Assembly: GCF_009914755.1 (NCBI RefSeq)
Contig: NC_060942.1
Source: the human T2T-CHM13v2.0 reference genome, Homo sapiens
DNA: 64,000 bases
Direction: 5' to 3' (one strand)
Below the pieces are notes generated by a model. That model had not been told where the DNA came from, ran no database searches, and saw only the letters and a list, made by a program, of their open reading frames with translations. A program made the position numbers and the translations under genes. Positions 45,190 to 61,295 of this stretch are shown one piece after another (positions within the stretch are counted from its first letter, which is position 1; each line of letters starts with the position of its first letter).

Positions 45190-45310
45190 TTCTTTTTTTT
45201 TTTTAGAGATAAGGTCTAACTGTTACCTGGGCTGAACCCTTGGACTTCTAGGCTCAAGTGATTCTCTCACTTTCCAAGTAGCTGGGACTACAGGCACATG
45301 CCACTGGATA
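45190..45310 (-). mobile_element. Alu monomer fragment (FLAM/FRAM)
   Basis: poly-T agagataaggtct...ggctcaagtgattctc...gtagctgggactacaggcacatgccac. Confidence 0.7.
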
Positions 45311-47277
45311 TGGAGCTTTACTGGGGCAGATCAACACGGCCTCAGGCAATCCATCAGTAGAGTGAGACCAAAGAAGTTTACCTTTACTTAGCATATCTAT
45401 ATAGCAAACCTGCACATGTATCCCTGAACCCAGAATAAAAATTAAAAAATAAAATAAAATAAATGTAAAAGAGAGATCATATTCTTTTATTTGAGAAATA
45501 CTAATCCATAATACTATCTTATATATTATCTGAACAATAAAACTATCATATAAATTTTTTTTAAAGAGAGACATCATGCTGCAGTTTCTTTAGATTTTGA
45601 AGACAACATAGTATAAACTTCTCTCCCAGTTCCCTGATGCCTCAGAAAGCCACCAGTGTTGAGTGTGGGCAGCAAATCCAAGCTGTGGTTCCAGGTATTC
45701 TGTTTCTCGGGCCATGTGACCAACAGATCCAGTGTGCTAGGGGCATCTGCAATGGATAAGGATGTGGCAGCCTTAAATAGAAGAGTCACAGCACAGAGCC
45801 CTCAGATTCTGGAATAAGGCCATGCACTACTGGAGAGAACCATCTTGTTTGGCAAGTAGCTCCTGGCATACTACTGGACCCTAGTGGAGACAGAGCAGCT
45901 GACCATGGGGCACCCTGTTACTATGCAGTCTGGTTTCCATCATGAGTTGGTGTTATCTAACCTATAGAGTCCTACTTTTGGAAACATGTAACAGTAATTT
46001 ATCATGCAACAGAAGTGATACATTTGGATCTAACCTGTAGCAGGTCCAGAAAGATTAAGTAAATTATTTAAACAGATGGTCCAGACTCCCATTTCACCCC
46101 TCTCTGCTGCACTGCTGACTCCCAATCGATCCACACTTATAGCCTCCTGGGAGTACCCGACATCTCACTGAACTCAGTGTTGATTTAATGGGATTGTTGC
46201 TGCATTGTTGCCCCAAACAAAAGTGACCCTGAAGGATAATGGTAAGAGGTGGTTCTTCCAATGGGACAAGCTGGAACCAGTATACTTGATCATATGCTGT
46301 ACGTGGAGGAAGGATGTGGCCTGAGGCATAGATGTGTACTCCTTCATGGTAGGATTAGATGGCTCAGCCAGCTGGCTAATGGCCTGGAAGGAACAGACTG
46401 GAAGATGAGAGTTGAGGAAATCTGGGAAAGCAGAATGCAGATAGACCTATGGAAGTGGGCACCAAGTGCATGGATAGATCTTTGGGTCACACATTAATGA
46501 TGACTGAAGGCCATATACACATTTGAGGTTCTCAGTCACCATCTAGACAGGGTGGCCCATCCTGTGCGTTTGTCATCCAATCTCTCCCCTCAGATATCTC
46601 AGTATTTGTTCAATGTGTCTTTGAAGAGAGTGGTCAAGGTAACAAGGACACAGTTTACACAAAAGTCCTAAAACAGGGATTCTGATTTATTTACTGTGAT
46701 TGCTGAGTACCCAACCTACTAGCAAAAAAGACCATTGCTGAGTCCTTGAAATGGCATCCTTCATCATGTACACCAGCTAGCAAACTGGTGACAAGTCAAT
46801 GACATTGGAATGCTTCTGTGTTAGAGCAGACAGCAATGCATCTTTCCTAGAATTGACACCAGCTCCAGAGGGAGATTTTCTTTAGCGTGAGGCATTACCC
46901 ACACACATACACACATACACACACACCAGCACATGGCATAATGCCCAGGATATTGTAACAATTTTTTGGAGAATAAATGAGTGAATAAATGAATGAATAC
47001 TAGAAATAAGAGTGTGAGCCAAAGAGTGAAAGGCTTACATAAATTTGGGGAGATGAGTGACGCTTCTCTAGTCTCTTTTTCCTTATTCCTCAACCCAGGA
47101 CATAGATCAAGCTCTTTACTGGGCCATGATAATCGCTGTTCATGTATATCCCCATCTGCAATCTCTCTCTGACAGCTCCTTCCCTCCAGGCTTAAACTAT
47201 CACATCTCTCTTGTTGGTAAAGTACTCTGACAGATACTATTTTATTTTATCTTTACCACAATCTCATGAGATAGGGA

Positions 47278-47665
47278 TGTGGAGAGGGATAGGTTCATCA
47301 ATATCCATTTTCTCTTCTTCTTCCCGGACCCAGGGCTCAACGTTATTTCCCAATCTATTTGCCATTAGGTTAGGACTGGATTACCTAGTTCAGACAAATG
47401 GAAAGTGATGTGTGCCACTTCCAGGCCTGGCACATACAAATCTCTCATATGACTCTCCTTTCTGATCCATGGAGACCCTGAAAGCCACATTCTGAAGATG
47501 GCAGCTCCAAAAGATGGAAGGAAACTGGGTGCCTGAATGACTGCCTGGAGCAAAGGCCCCTGTCTGACTTGCATTGGACTTATGCATAAACAAGAAAGGT
47601 TTTTATCTTATTCAACCTCTGAGAGTTTGAGATTGTGACAACAGTTAGCCAAGCCTGAATAAGCA
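47278..47665 (+). mobile_element. MLT1I/J-type LTR
   Basis: aaagtgatgtgtgccacttccaggcctggc...gaagatggcagctccaaaagatggaagg...cctgaatgactgcctggagca. Confidence 0.75.
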
Positions 47666-47759
47666 GAAAGACAGGAGTGAATTTTATTACAAAGAATGTA
47701 CAGAAACTGAAACATCAAAAAGTGGAAAAAGTGTAAGTAATGAAAAATCACCTGGTTTA

Positions 47760-47990
47760 TGGCCAAACACACCTAGAAATGGTTTCATGGTTCCATCACT
47801 TGCTGGCTGTGTGTCTTTAAGCACATCATTTAATATTTCTGAGCATCAGTTTTCGTATTTGTTAAATAAAGGGGAAAATATCTGTCTCGCAGTTTTATCA
47901 TAAGAATGGTGATAATATTTATAAGGTGCCAGGCTGGCACACAGTAGGTGGCATACAGTAGGTTCTCAATGAACATCCACTCTCACTGTT
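47760..47990 (+). mobile_element. MIR
   Basis: cacttgctggctgtgtgtctt...cagttttc...ctggcacacagtagg. Confidence 0.7.
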
Positions 47991-48399
47991 GTTACATCAT
48001 AGATTCACATGGTTAATCATATCAGAGCTGGAGTCAGAGTCCCATTTTCTGAAGGCCAACCCAGAACAGCCTCTACTGTACACCGTATTTTTCCCCAGCC
48101 CTGCTTTATAGTTGAAACTTAATTATAAAGGAGTCCTCCTTAGCATTCATGTTTGTGAGAACAAGGCTGGGAACTTCTTGTGAACACTCTGCCTGCACAT
48201 CTATGAAAGGCTGGGATTAGGTCCCCAGGGCACAACTGCAGTGGTGTGGCATGAGTCTAATTATAAGAGAATTCTACTGAATTTGGAATAAAGGTAATGA
48301 AGAAGTCACGAATAATGACCAAAGCTACAGTATTTCACTCTGCAGTTTTTAGATTCAAACTTTGCCTGTTTCTAAGACTATGTGAACCAGCTATGAACA

Positions 48400-48402
<3 letters not shown>

Positions 48403-48452
<50 letters not shown>

Positions 48453-48454
48453 AT
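48403..48454. repeat. (AAAT)n tetranucleotide STR
   Basis: About 13 perfect units. Confidence 0.95.
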
Positions 48455-48518
48455 GCATTTCAAGAGTAAGTTTTTGCAGTCTCTATTCAACATCCTTTAC
48501 TCCTGCATGAGTCTCACT

Positions 48519-48532
48519 GTGCCCTCTGGTGG
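48519..48532 (-). promoter_or_regulatory. CTCF core motif
   Basis: Reverse complement CCACCAGAGGGCAC; same 14-mer as 29882-29895. Confidence 0.5.
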
Positions 48533-49288
48533 TGGCTGTGAATTTAATTGGGTTTGTTTATTCCTAGACTCTAAAGGAGTGTTGGAAATTCTCATGCTGG
48601 AGCGTTGGAACTTCATCCTTGCAAAAGATTCTGGTAATCACATTTACATACACCAACTGTCCAGGGAAGATAAGGGTGACAGACCTTAGAGTGCTCTGCC
48701 TGGAGGTCACTGGAGAACGATGAGAGGCTCAGAAAGGTGTTGGCAGGAATGGAGAGGAGCAAGCATTTGAAGGGAGGATTTGGAAGTAGGCATGCATTAG
48801 AGAAAGGAGGCAAAACAATGAAAGAATAGGCTAGGAAATCTCTCCCAGACCACTGGCCACATCCAGGCTCTTGAAGGCTACTCTTCTCCCAAAAGGTACA
48901 AGAAGTACAAAACTCCAAGGGGCAATTTAAAGACAGCACCATTCATTTCTACCACACTGCAATTCCTCGCTCATCTGCCTCCATCCTTGCACCTGCCAGA
49001 GATGCTGGCCAGCAATTCCCAGGCAAAGGAAATGGTGCAGGTCATGATACCTGAAATCTCACAGCCACTGTTAGCATGACTGAGTTGCTCCCTGTAGAGA
49101 TTCACATCTTAAGAGAAGACTCTTCTGGGCTCCAAAGCAGAGTGCAAGCAGTCCTAGGAAAATGTAACACCTTTTTGTTTTTGTTTTTTAAGACTTTTGG
49201 AAAAACTGGAATAAGCAAAGATAAGTGGCTTTCTGTGCTGCAGGACATCTTTGAGCCTTAAGTACAACTAATATGCTATGAGAGTTAG

Positions 49289-49679
<391 letters not shown>

Positions 49680-50063
49680 GAGAAATACTTTCTAAAACAA
49701 TGGTAAACTCATTCTTTTTAAGGTCCTGACTGCCAGAGGCAGGCCCTTGTGATAGTACTAGTCTAGGTTTCAAGATACCAGAGTTCCCCATTGGATCTTC
49801 CACTCTGTGAGTGCTTTTGGCTCATTCTTTTCATTTCTTTGGGTTCCATTTCCTTTCCTGCAAACCAAGGAGTTTGGAGAGATCTGCAGTTTTCTCTGAG
49901 ACAGAGAAACTCGGGGCTCCATGGAAGTACTCCATTGGTTCCACAACAGTCATGCAACATCCACAAATTACAAAAATGGGAACTCCTAGTCCATTCATTT
50001 CTTTTTACCTGTTTTACATTGAGGATTTACCAAATAGTTCATTTGAATAAAAGAGATTATTTG

Positions 50064-50370
50064 AACTGGGCATGGTGGCTCATGCCTATAATCCCAAAAT
50101 TTTGGGAGGCCAAAGCAGGATAATCACTTGAGGCCAGGAGTTCAAGACCAGACTAAGCAGCATAGCAAGACCCTGCCTCTCCAAAAAATAAAGAAAATTA
50201 GCCAGGCATGGTGGTGTGCATCTGAAGTCTCAGCTGTCTCAGCTATCCCAGCTACTCAGGAGGCCAAGGTGGGAGGATTGCTTGAGACCAGGAGTTCAAA
50301 GCTGCAGTGAGCCACGATGGCATCACTGCACTACAGCCTGGGAGAGAGACTGAGACCCTGTCTCTAAAAA
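50064..50370 (+). mobile_element. AluJ
   Basis: ttgaggccaggagttcaagacc, aagctgcagtgagccacgat; small internal tctcagct duplication. Confidence 0.9.
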
Positions 50371-50816
50371 CAGTGTATTTGTGAAAACTGGTTGAACACC
50401 TCTAGGATATTTAGTCTCTAAGGGCAATTCCAGGTATACATAGTCATACAAGTGTATGAACTAGGATTCAGTTAAAGCAGTCTGGAATGACAGATTTTCC
50501 CAGGGTGGGCGGTTGCTGCCGTTGCTGGCTGTGTTGCGTGACCAGGTCACAAGACTTCAGGGGAATTTTTGGACCACCCAGGTCACTCAGCTATTGGGCA
50601 TAACAAAAAAAAGAATGATGTGACTACACTGGAAATGGTTACAGGACACATTTTGGCAGCGTAAGAGAGGAGAAAGCATCAACTGAGAGCTGCTTGTGGA
50701 GAGCAGAAAGTCAGTCCGGAAGACCCAGTCAGAACTCCTAGGGAGGGAACGCAGCCATTTTGTGTTGGTGATTTGTAGGTACTAACAAAGAAATAAAGAG
50801 ACCTGGCTTTGTCAAC

Positions 50817-51556
<740 letters not shown>

Positions 51557-52193
51557 GCCCTGAGAATAGCATGAAGGGGAGCCACTCTAGGTTGCAGAAG
51601 GGGAGAAAATCTAACCCAGGGGGCCTGTGGCTGAAGCTGCCTCTCCCTGGGCTACTGCAGCAAGCTTCTTCCTGTTCCATCTGCTGCTCAGTGCTCCTGC
51701 CCAGCCCACAGTGTTATCAAACAATCTTTGCCAAGTAGCCCCCTTTCCTGCCACTTGGTTTCCCATGTACCTACAGGAATGCATTGCCACTTTTTCAGAT
51801 GCTCCATGGGTAGGGCGCAGTGCTGTACCAGGCAGCTGCCATCTCCACCGCTAGCTCTTCGAAAAAAACTGCAAAATGGATACACTTAAGTCTAGGCTGT
51901 TCTACTTTCTTCCATCCTCTGAATTATTAGTGCCCAGGCCCCACCTGAAATCAATTAAATTACAATCTCTTAGGTGTATTTTAGAAACCACCACTCCCCT
52001 CCAAAGAATTCTAAGATGTAGTCAGGATTAGGAAACATTTCTAGATACTCCTGCTCCTCAAGTCAGCCCTCTCCAGCTTTGAACCACGCTTCAAAAATAT
52101 TTCTTCTTCATCGGCATCCAAACTCTCATTCCCTCAGTGACGTTACATTCAGCTATAAGGAAGGCAATTTGATTAATATATGCTGATCCTTCA

Positions 52194-52606
<413 letters not shown>

Positions 52607-52914
52607 TTACCACCACAAAAAGATAATACTTAGGCAAATTAACCCTAAATTGGAAGTATCACAACATATTTTGATCCAAGAACCCCAGATGTACTATGTT
52701 AAATACTCCTTCTTTCCTGCTGTGTCTCGTTTGTATGCTGGACCAGATAGAGAACAGGAATGTGTAACACTATTTTCATTCCATTCCAACAACAAAAAAT
52801 ATCAAGCATTTCCTACTGCTCTGACACTAAATAATTACAAAAGACACAACCATGTACAGAGATGTCGTCTCTACCTCCAAGGAAAACACAATCTAGAAAA
52901 TAGGTATCATGGGT

Positions 52915-53090
52915 CTAAAAGGAAACCAAAACTGAAATGAACCAATCTTTAAAAATAAAGCAACATAAGAGCCTTATCTACCAAAATCTGTGGACTTCAG
53001 CCAAAACGGAATTTAAAGATAAATTCATAGCCTTAAAATCTATATATTAGGGCCTTAGAAAGAAAATCAACTAAGAATCCAACTCAAGGG
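52915..53090 (+). mobile_element. L1M ORF2 (post-endonuclease) fragment
   Basis: ccaaaatctgtggg-like motif, then cagccaaa...aaattcatagcctt. Confidence 0.55.
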
Positions 53091-53869
53091 CAATGTGGTC
53101 ATGGTGGCAGTAGGTTTCCCAATCTCCCTATAACCTCTCCTGACAACCAAGTAGAGCAGATAGGATGCAGCCCCCCAAAAACCCACCACCTCAGCCAACA
53201 ACAACAAAAATCCCACCTCTAACCTCTAACCTCTTCAACCAAATTAGGTGACAGGAGACCTATCAAACCTGAGGACATGGACAAATACGCCAAACCAGCA
53301 ACAACAGGACTTGGTCACAAAAATAAAAAAGTCACCCACAAATTCTCACCCCCAAAAGATGAAGACAACACCCTGATCAGAGCTGAGCGCATCCTGAGCA
53401 GGGAAGAGGAGTCCCAGGGGCTCACAGTGAAGATAACTGGGCCTGGATCTGGGTGGAGCAGAGAGGGTGGAACAGTTTAAATTCCTGAGAGTCTCAGAAA
53501 TATCCGGCAAACAATTCATTCCAGAAGGAAAGAGCTGCAGTCTGAGGGAAAATTACTGGAAACAGAAACCACATTGAGTGGGGCTCAATTTGAGTAAGTG
53601 AAAGAGAAAGCATAGATCATAGGGGAGGAGGGTCCTGGGGAAGAAGGTCTCTGTAAATACTGCAGCATCAATATTTACCATGTGAAGCAGCATGGCATGG
53701 AAGGCCAAACCTAGGGTGCCCAAGAGCCGGGGCTGGGGCTGGAGGCAGGAAATCCTGAACCCGGCTCATGTCAAAGAGACAAAGAAATGGCTACAGAGAC
53801 AGGCCTAATTTTGAGTCATTCATGGTGTCAACAGAGTAGGTGGCATCAAGTCATGAGCTAAGGATGCTG

Positions 53870-55176
53870 CCCTTGCCCATCCCTCCCCAAACTCTCCTGT
53901 TCCCCAGAGAATCTTCTCAGTTCCAGATATAACTCTCCTTGCCCCATTGTGTAGCTGCAAACCAGTTTCCCCCGGTAACTGGAATTAATCGCTCCTGTCA
54001 GTAGAAAAAAACGAAAGCTGAAATCCTTGTTCTTCTAATTGGTACCATAGTATAAATAGCCCAAAATAGCTGGAGGGCATTCTCATCTTCCAATCAATGA
54101 TCCTACCGATGTGTCCCCTGATATAAGCATTCTCCCATTCAGACCTAAGACTTCCAAACCAACAAAGCTCCAAGTTGCCAGGATGGGAAGCAAAAATTCT
54201 ATAAGTGGGTGACTAGGTGTAAGGGAGAGAGGAACCACTTCTACTTCTACCCTTTGATTTCCAGACTCGTGAGTTCTTGCCATGGAGAAGGCAATGTCAT
54301 GTAATGATTTCTGATTCAAAGGACATACTGCACCTTGTGACACAGAACCCCATGGTTTCAGGACACTGCCTTCCAACTGGTGCTGCAACTGGGTCTTCAA
54401 GAAGCTATTCCACCTTTCAATAAGACCATTTATTTCCAGGCGATAGGGTATGTGGAAGTACCAATGAATCCCAAGAGCATTAACCCACTGCTGTACTTCC
54501 TTGGCTGAGAAACACATTCCTTAATCAGAATGCCCTTGAGAATGCTCTGAAGATGGATGGGGCATTCTTCTGTGAGCCTACTGGTGGTGAAGGGCAGGCA
54601 TGGGCATCACAGGCAGGGAAACCAGATCCTTGTCCAGAATGTGTGCCTATCCCAGCAAGAACAATTGCTGTCCGATTCCAGGAGAGAAGAGGTCCAGTGT
54701 AATCAACCTGCCACGGGGTGGTTGACAGGTCCCCTCAGGGAGTGGTATATTGGGGGTTGGTGCTTATCTCTGCAGTTGGCAAGTTAAGCATTCACTTAGC
54801 TATAGCCAGGTCAGCCTTGGTAAGGGAACATCCACATTGTTGGGCTTATGCACAGCTCCATCTCCACTGCCATGACCAGTTTATCCCTGAGTCCATTGAG
54901 CAAGCCCTGGGGTGGCTGGGAAAAGATGTTGACTGACATTGATAGAGTGTATCATTTGGTCCTCCTGACTACTGAAAGTCTCCTCTGATCCGCAAACGAT
55001 GTCTTTTGATGAGCAATCCCATGGGACAGAAAGATCTTCACAGTCTGCCCATGCTGAGTTCCATCCACATAACTTTCCCAGACTTCCTTGTCTCTAATCC
55101 TCCAGTCGTGTTCTTTCCAAGTACCCGACCATCCGATCAAACCATTTGCAATTACTCTTGAATCAGTATAAATCCA
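53870..55176 (-). mobile_element. ERVL pol remnant (RNase H-integrase-dUTPase region)
   Basis: ORF 54083-54517 FSAKEVQQWVNALGIHWYFHIPYRLEINGLIERWNSFLKTQL (ERVL integrase core); ORF 54952-55140 GWSGTWKEHDWRIRDKEVW (RNase H). Confidence 0.88.
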
Positions 55177-57678
<2,502 letters not shown>

Positions 57679-57955
57679 GACACATACTCTATGACATATT
57701 TATAAAAAGGTTTAAAACATACAATTTTACCATATGTTGTTTAGGAACACACACATATGTAATAATAACATAAATACATCCATGGGAAGTATAAACACCA
57801 AATTTAGGAGAGTGGTTCTTTTTGCAGGGTAGGGGAAGGGGAAATGCAACTGAAGGAGGGCCAGGAAGCCTCAACTATATTTGCTATTTTATTTCCTAAG
57901 GTGAATGCTATGTCGTTTTCTAAATCTTTTTTATGTCACAAGAATATTTTTAAAA
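57679..57955 (+). mobile_element. L1ME-type 3' UTR fragment
   Basis: ccatatgttgtttaggaacacacacatatg...ataaacaccaaatttagg...tttatttcctaag. Confidence 0.6.
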
Positions 57956-58244
57956 GAAAAGATTGGCTCCTCGTAACATCATCAAGGCACTGGATCAAAT
58001 CTTACCAAGTTATATGAGCCAACACACCCCATAATTGTTTCAGCCAGTAGGAGTATAATTTGTTTGTTGTTGCAGTCAGAGGCTCATCAGAAATCTTGTC
58101 TTCTCCATGAGGCCTCACCTAACTACTGCAGATCTGGAATAGCCCTGTCTCTCACCTGCTATAAACTACGATGGCTTTCACTTGGTTCAATATTGTGTGG
58201 ATTTATTCCCTATTTATTTCATGTGCGGTTATCCACCATAAAAT

Positions 58245-58530
58245 CATAACAATAACAACAATAGCTACCATTTATTGGGTGCTTCCTGTGTGTCAACAAC
58301 ACAGTGCTTAACTTTGTCACATCCAAGTACTAACCAGGCCTGACCCTGTTTAGCTTCTGAGATCGGACAAGTTCGGGTGCATTCAAGGGGGTATGGGCAT
58401 AGACTCAGCACTTCGCTTTCTACATCCATCATTTTAAACCATCCTCACTATTACTAACTCTGTTTTTGCACACAAGGAAACTGGAGCTCAGAGATGCTAA
58501 ATGATTCATCCGAGGTCACACAGCAAAAAA
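58245..58530 (-). mobile_element. MIR, split by a 5S pseudogene
   Basis: aatagctaccatttattg...cagtgct | ...aggaaactggagctcagagatgctaaatga...aggtcacacagc. Confidence 0.75.
58315..58404 (-). pseudogene. RNA5SP: 5S rRNA pseudogene, nt 1-90 (3'-truncated)
   Basis: Reverse complement GTCTATGCCCATACCCCCTTGAATGCACCCGAACTTGTCCGATCTCAGAAGCTAAACAGGGTCAGGCCTGGTTAGTACTTGGATG; ungapped 76/90 against the recalled human 5S. Confidence 0.95.
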
Positions 58531-59089
58531 AGTGCCAAGTCCAATCGTTTTCTGCCAACTCCTCAAAGCAGAAAACTGTCTGCTTTCCTACATCCCCCAC
58601 CACGACCTGAGGCTAGGTCCACCCGTGTGAGCTGATACAGCAACAGACTCTTTGTCCCCAGAGGTTGTTCAGAACAGAGCCTTGGTGACAAGGACCAGCT
58701 GCAGGGTGGATGAGCAGGGCTTCCCATTGGTGAAGGCTGCCCTGGCATGGCTCGAGAGAGCCTGTTGGCCTCATTGTGCACTCATGGGCCACAGTGGTTC
58801 CATCCTCCGGGTCTCCACCTGATCCCAGACACAGGCACTCAGACTTGCTGGAGCACTTGCTATCAGCTCCCACTAGGTGTCTCTGTTACTTTATTTTTTG
58901 TGTGCCAGAAGGCAAACCAAGGCCACTTACTTAAAACTATTCAAATCCAGATAAACGGGCTGCCTGGAACTCTGTGGTGGCCTCAGAGAAACCAGACTTC
59001 TACAGTCAGAACCTGTGGGCTTGAGAAGGAGAAGATAAAATAGCTTACATTTACTGAAGGCCTTTTGCACATCAGCCAGTTTACATACT

Positions 59090-59420
59090 TTAATATTAAC
59101 AATAGTTAACACTAAGTAATGTTTTGTATGCACAAGGCACTCTCATGTGCTTTTTGCAAATATTAATGCACTCATACCTCATAACAACCCGTAAGTACAG
59201 AGGTACGAAGGGTTAAGTAACTTGCTTAAGGTCACACAGCTAGTACACAGCATGGTCATTTGGATCATTCAGGTCTCATAACTACCCTGCAAAATACATG
59301 TTGTCATCCCTATTTTACATATGTGGAAACCAGGCTCAGAAAAAGTAAGAGGCACAATGTTATACAGCTAGACAGTGGCTGAAGCAGAATTCAAACTTAG
59401 GTCTATTTGACTCAGGTCAA
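59090..59420 (-). mobile_element. Two MIR fragments
   Basis: ggttaagtaacttgcttaaggtcacacagctagt; catccctattttacatatgtggaaaccaggctcaga. Confidence 0.7.
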
Positions 59421-61085
59421 AATATGAGTTGGCCCCATTCCCTGAGAAGGAATGAAGACCAGATCATAGGTAGGATCCTGTGTCCTTGACCCCATGTGGG
59501 TCACACACACGGCTCTGCAGACTCCACAAAGGACTGTGCAGACCCACTTCTCTGTAGACAGGGCTGAGATGTTCTGAATTCTACCAGGAATTGCTTTGAA
59601 AGTAAGGGAGGGGCGACAAAATATCATCTTTGCATGTAAAACCCCTCTACGGATGTATAGAGAGAAGCAACTCCCCACTCCAATTCAGGAGGATGAGGGA
59701 GAATTGACTTAGAGGGGGTAGGTTTTGGTTAAAGCCAGCAGAGGTTGCCATAGGTGGGATCTGAGGGTATCTGTGGAAGGCCTCAAAATTGCTCCCTTTA
59801 GACTGGTTGGCTTCACTGCTGAATTCTACGAATTTTAAAGAACTAATACTATTTTTTTCTGCAACTATTCCAGAAAATTGAAGGCAAAGGAATTCTTCCA
59901 AACTCATTCTACAAGACCAGCATTACCCTGATGCCAAAAGCAGACCAGGACACAACTAAAAAAGAAAACTATAGGCCAAAATTCCTGATGAACATAGTTG
60001 CAAAATTTCTCAGCAAAATACTAGCAAACTGAATCTAACAGCATATCAAAAAGATTACATACCATGATCAAGTTGCAAGGATATTTCAACATATGAAGAT
60101 CACTAAATGTGATACATCATCAGAATGAAGGACAAAACCATACGATCATTCTAATAGATGGAGAAAAATGCTTGATAAAATACAACATTAATTCATGATA
60201 AAAACTCTCAACAAACTAGGTATAAAATGAACATACCTCAAAACAATAAAGGTCATATATGACAAACCCACAGCTAACATATTAGTACTAATTTTATACC
60301 GAATGGGGAAATGTTGAAAGCCTTTCCTCTAAGATCTGGAACAAGATAAGGATGCTCACTTTCACCACTGTTATTCAACATAGTACTTCAAGTCCTAGCC
60401 AGAGCAATTAAGCAAGAGAAGGAAATAAAAGGCATCCAAATTGGAAAGGAGGAATTCAAACTGTCCCCGTTTACAGGCAATATGATTTAGAAAAACCTAA
60501 AAACTCCACCAAAAAACTGTTAGAACTAATAAACAAATTCAATAAAGTTGCAGGATACAAACTCAACATACAAAAAGCAGCAGCATTTCTATTTGCCCAT
60601 AATGAACAATCTGAAAAAGAAACCAAGAAAGCAATCCCATTTACAATAGCTAGGAAAAAAAATACCCAGAAGTAAATTTAACCAGAGGTGAAAAATCTCC
60701 ATAATGAAAACTATAAGATACTGATGAAAGAAAATTGAAGAGCATACAAAAAATGAAAAGATATTACATGTTCATAGATTAGAAGAATTAATATTGTTAA
60801 AATGTCCATACTGCCAAAAGTGATATACAGATTCAATGCAATCCCTATCAAAATACCAATAACATTCTTCCCAGAAACAGAAAGAACAACCCTAAAATTT
60901 ATATAGAACCACAGAAGACCCTGAATAGTCAAAGCAATCCTGAGCCAAAAGAACAAAGCTGGGGATATCACACTACCTGACTTCAAAATATACTACAAAG
61001 CTATGGTAACCAAAACAGCATGGTGCTGGCTTAAATACAGACACATAGACCAATGGAAAAGAATAAATTAAGAACCCAGAAATAA

Positions 61086-61295
61086 CTCTTTGGCCCTGAG
61101 GTCCTACAAGAGGCCAGAGGAGTACAGGTACTCAGGGAGGCTGTGCAGCCCCAGGCCTGTATCAATCACCACGTCCTGCTTGGAGCCATGCACCAGCCAA
61201 ATGTTGGCATGGTTGCCCGACTCATAGAAGTGTTCTTGAATCCAAAAGATACTACCACCTGGAGACTTGTGGGTGTACCACTTGAGCGCCAACAT
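61086..61295 (-). pseudogene. MBLAC2: MBLAC2 (metallo-beta-lactamase domain-containing 2) N-terminal coding fragment, carried antisense in the retrocopy leader
   Basis: Translation [69 protein letters not shown] matches the recalled MBLAC2 N-terminus [70 protein letters not shown]. Confidence 0.9.

Larger units (their letters stand above)
42886..46865 (+). mobile_element. Degenerate ERVL internal region (HERV16/ERV3-16A3-like gag-pol)
   Basis: RT-like ggaggaattttagagattagcattaccattcaagat...gtggatactgcaagcttaat; RNase H-like ctcctggcatactactggaccctagtggagacagag; peptide QLANGLEGTDWKMRVEEIWESRMQIDLWKWA. Confidence 0.7.
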
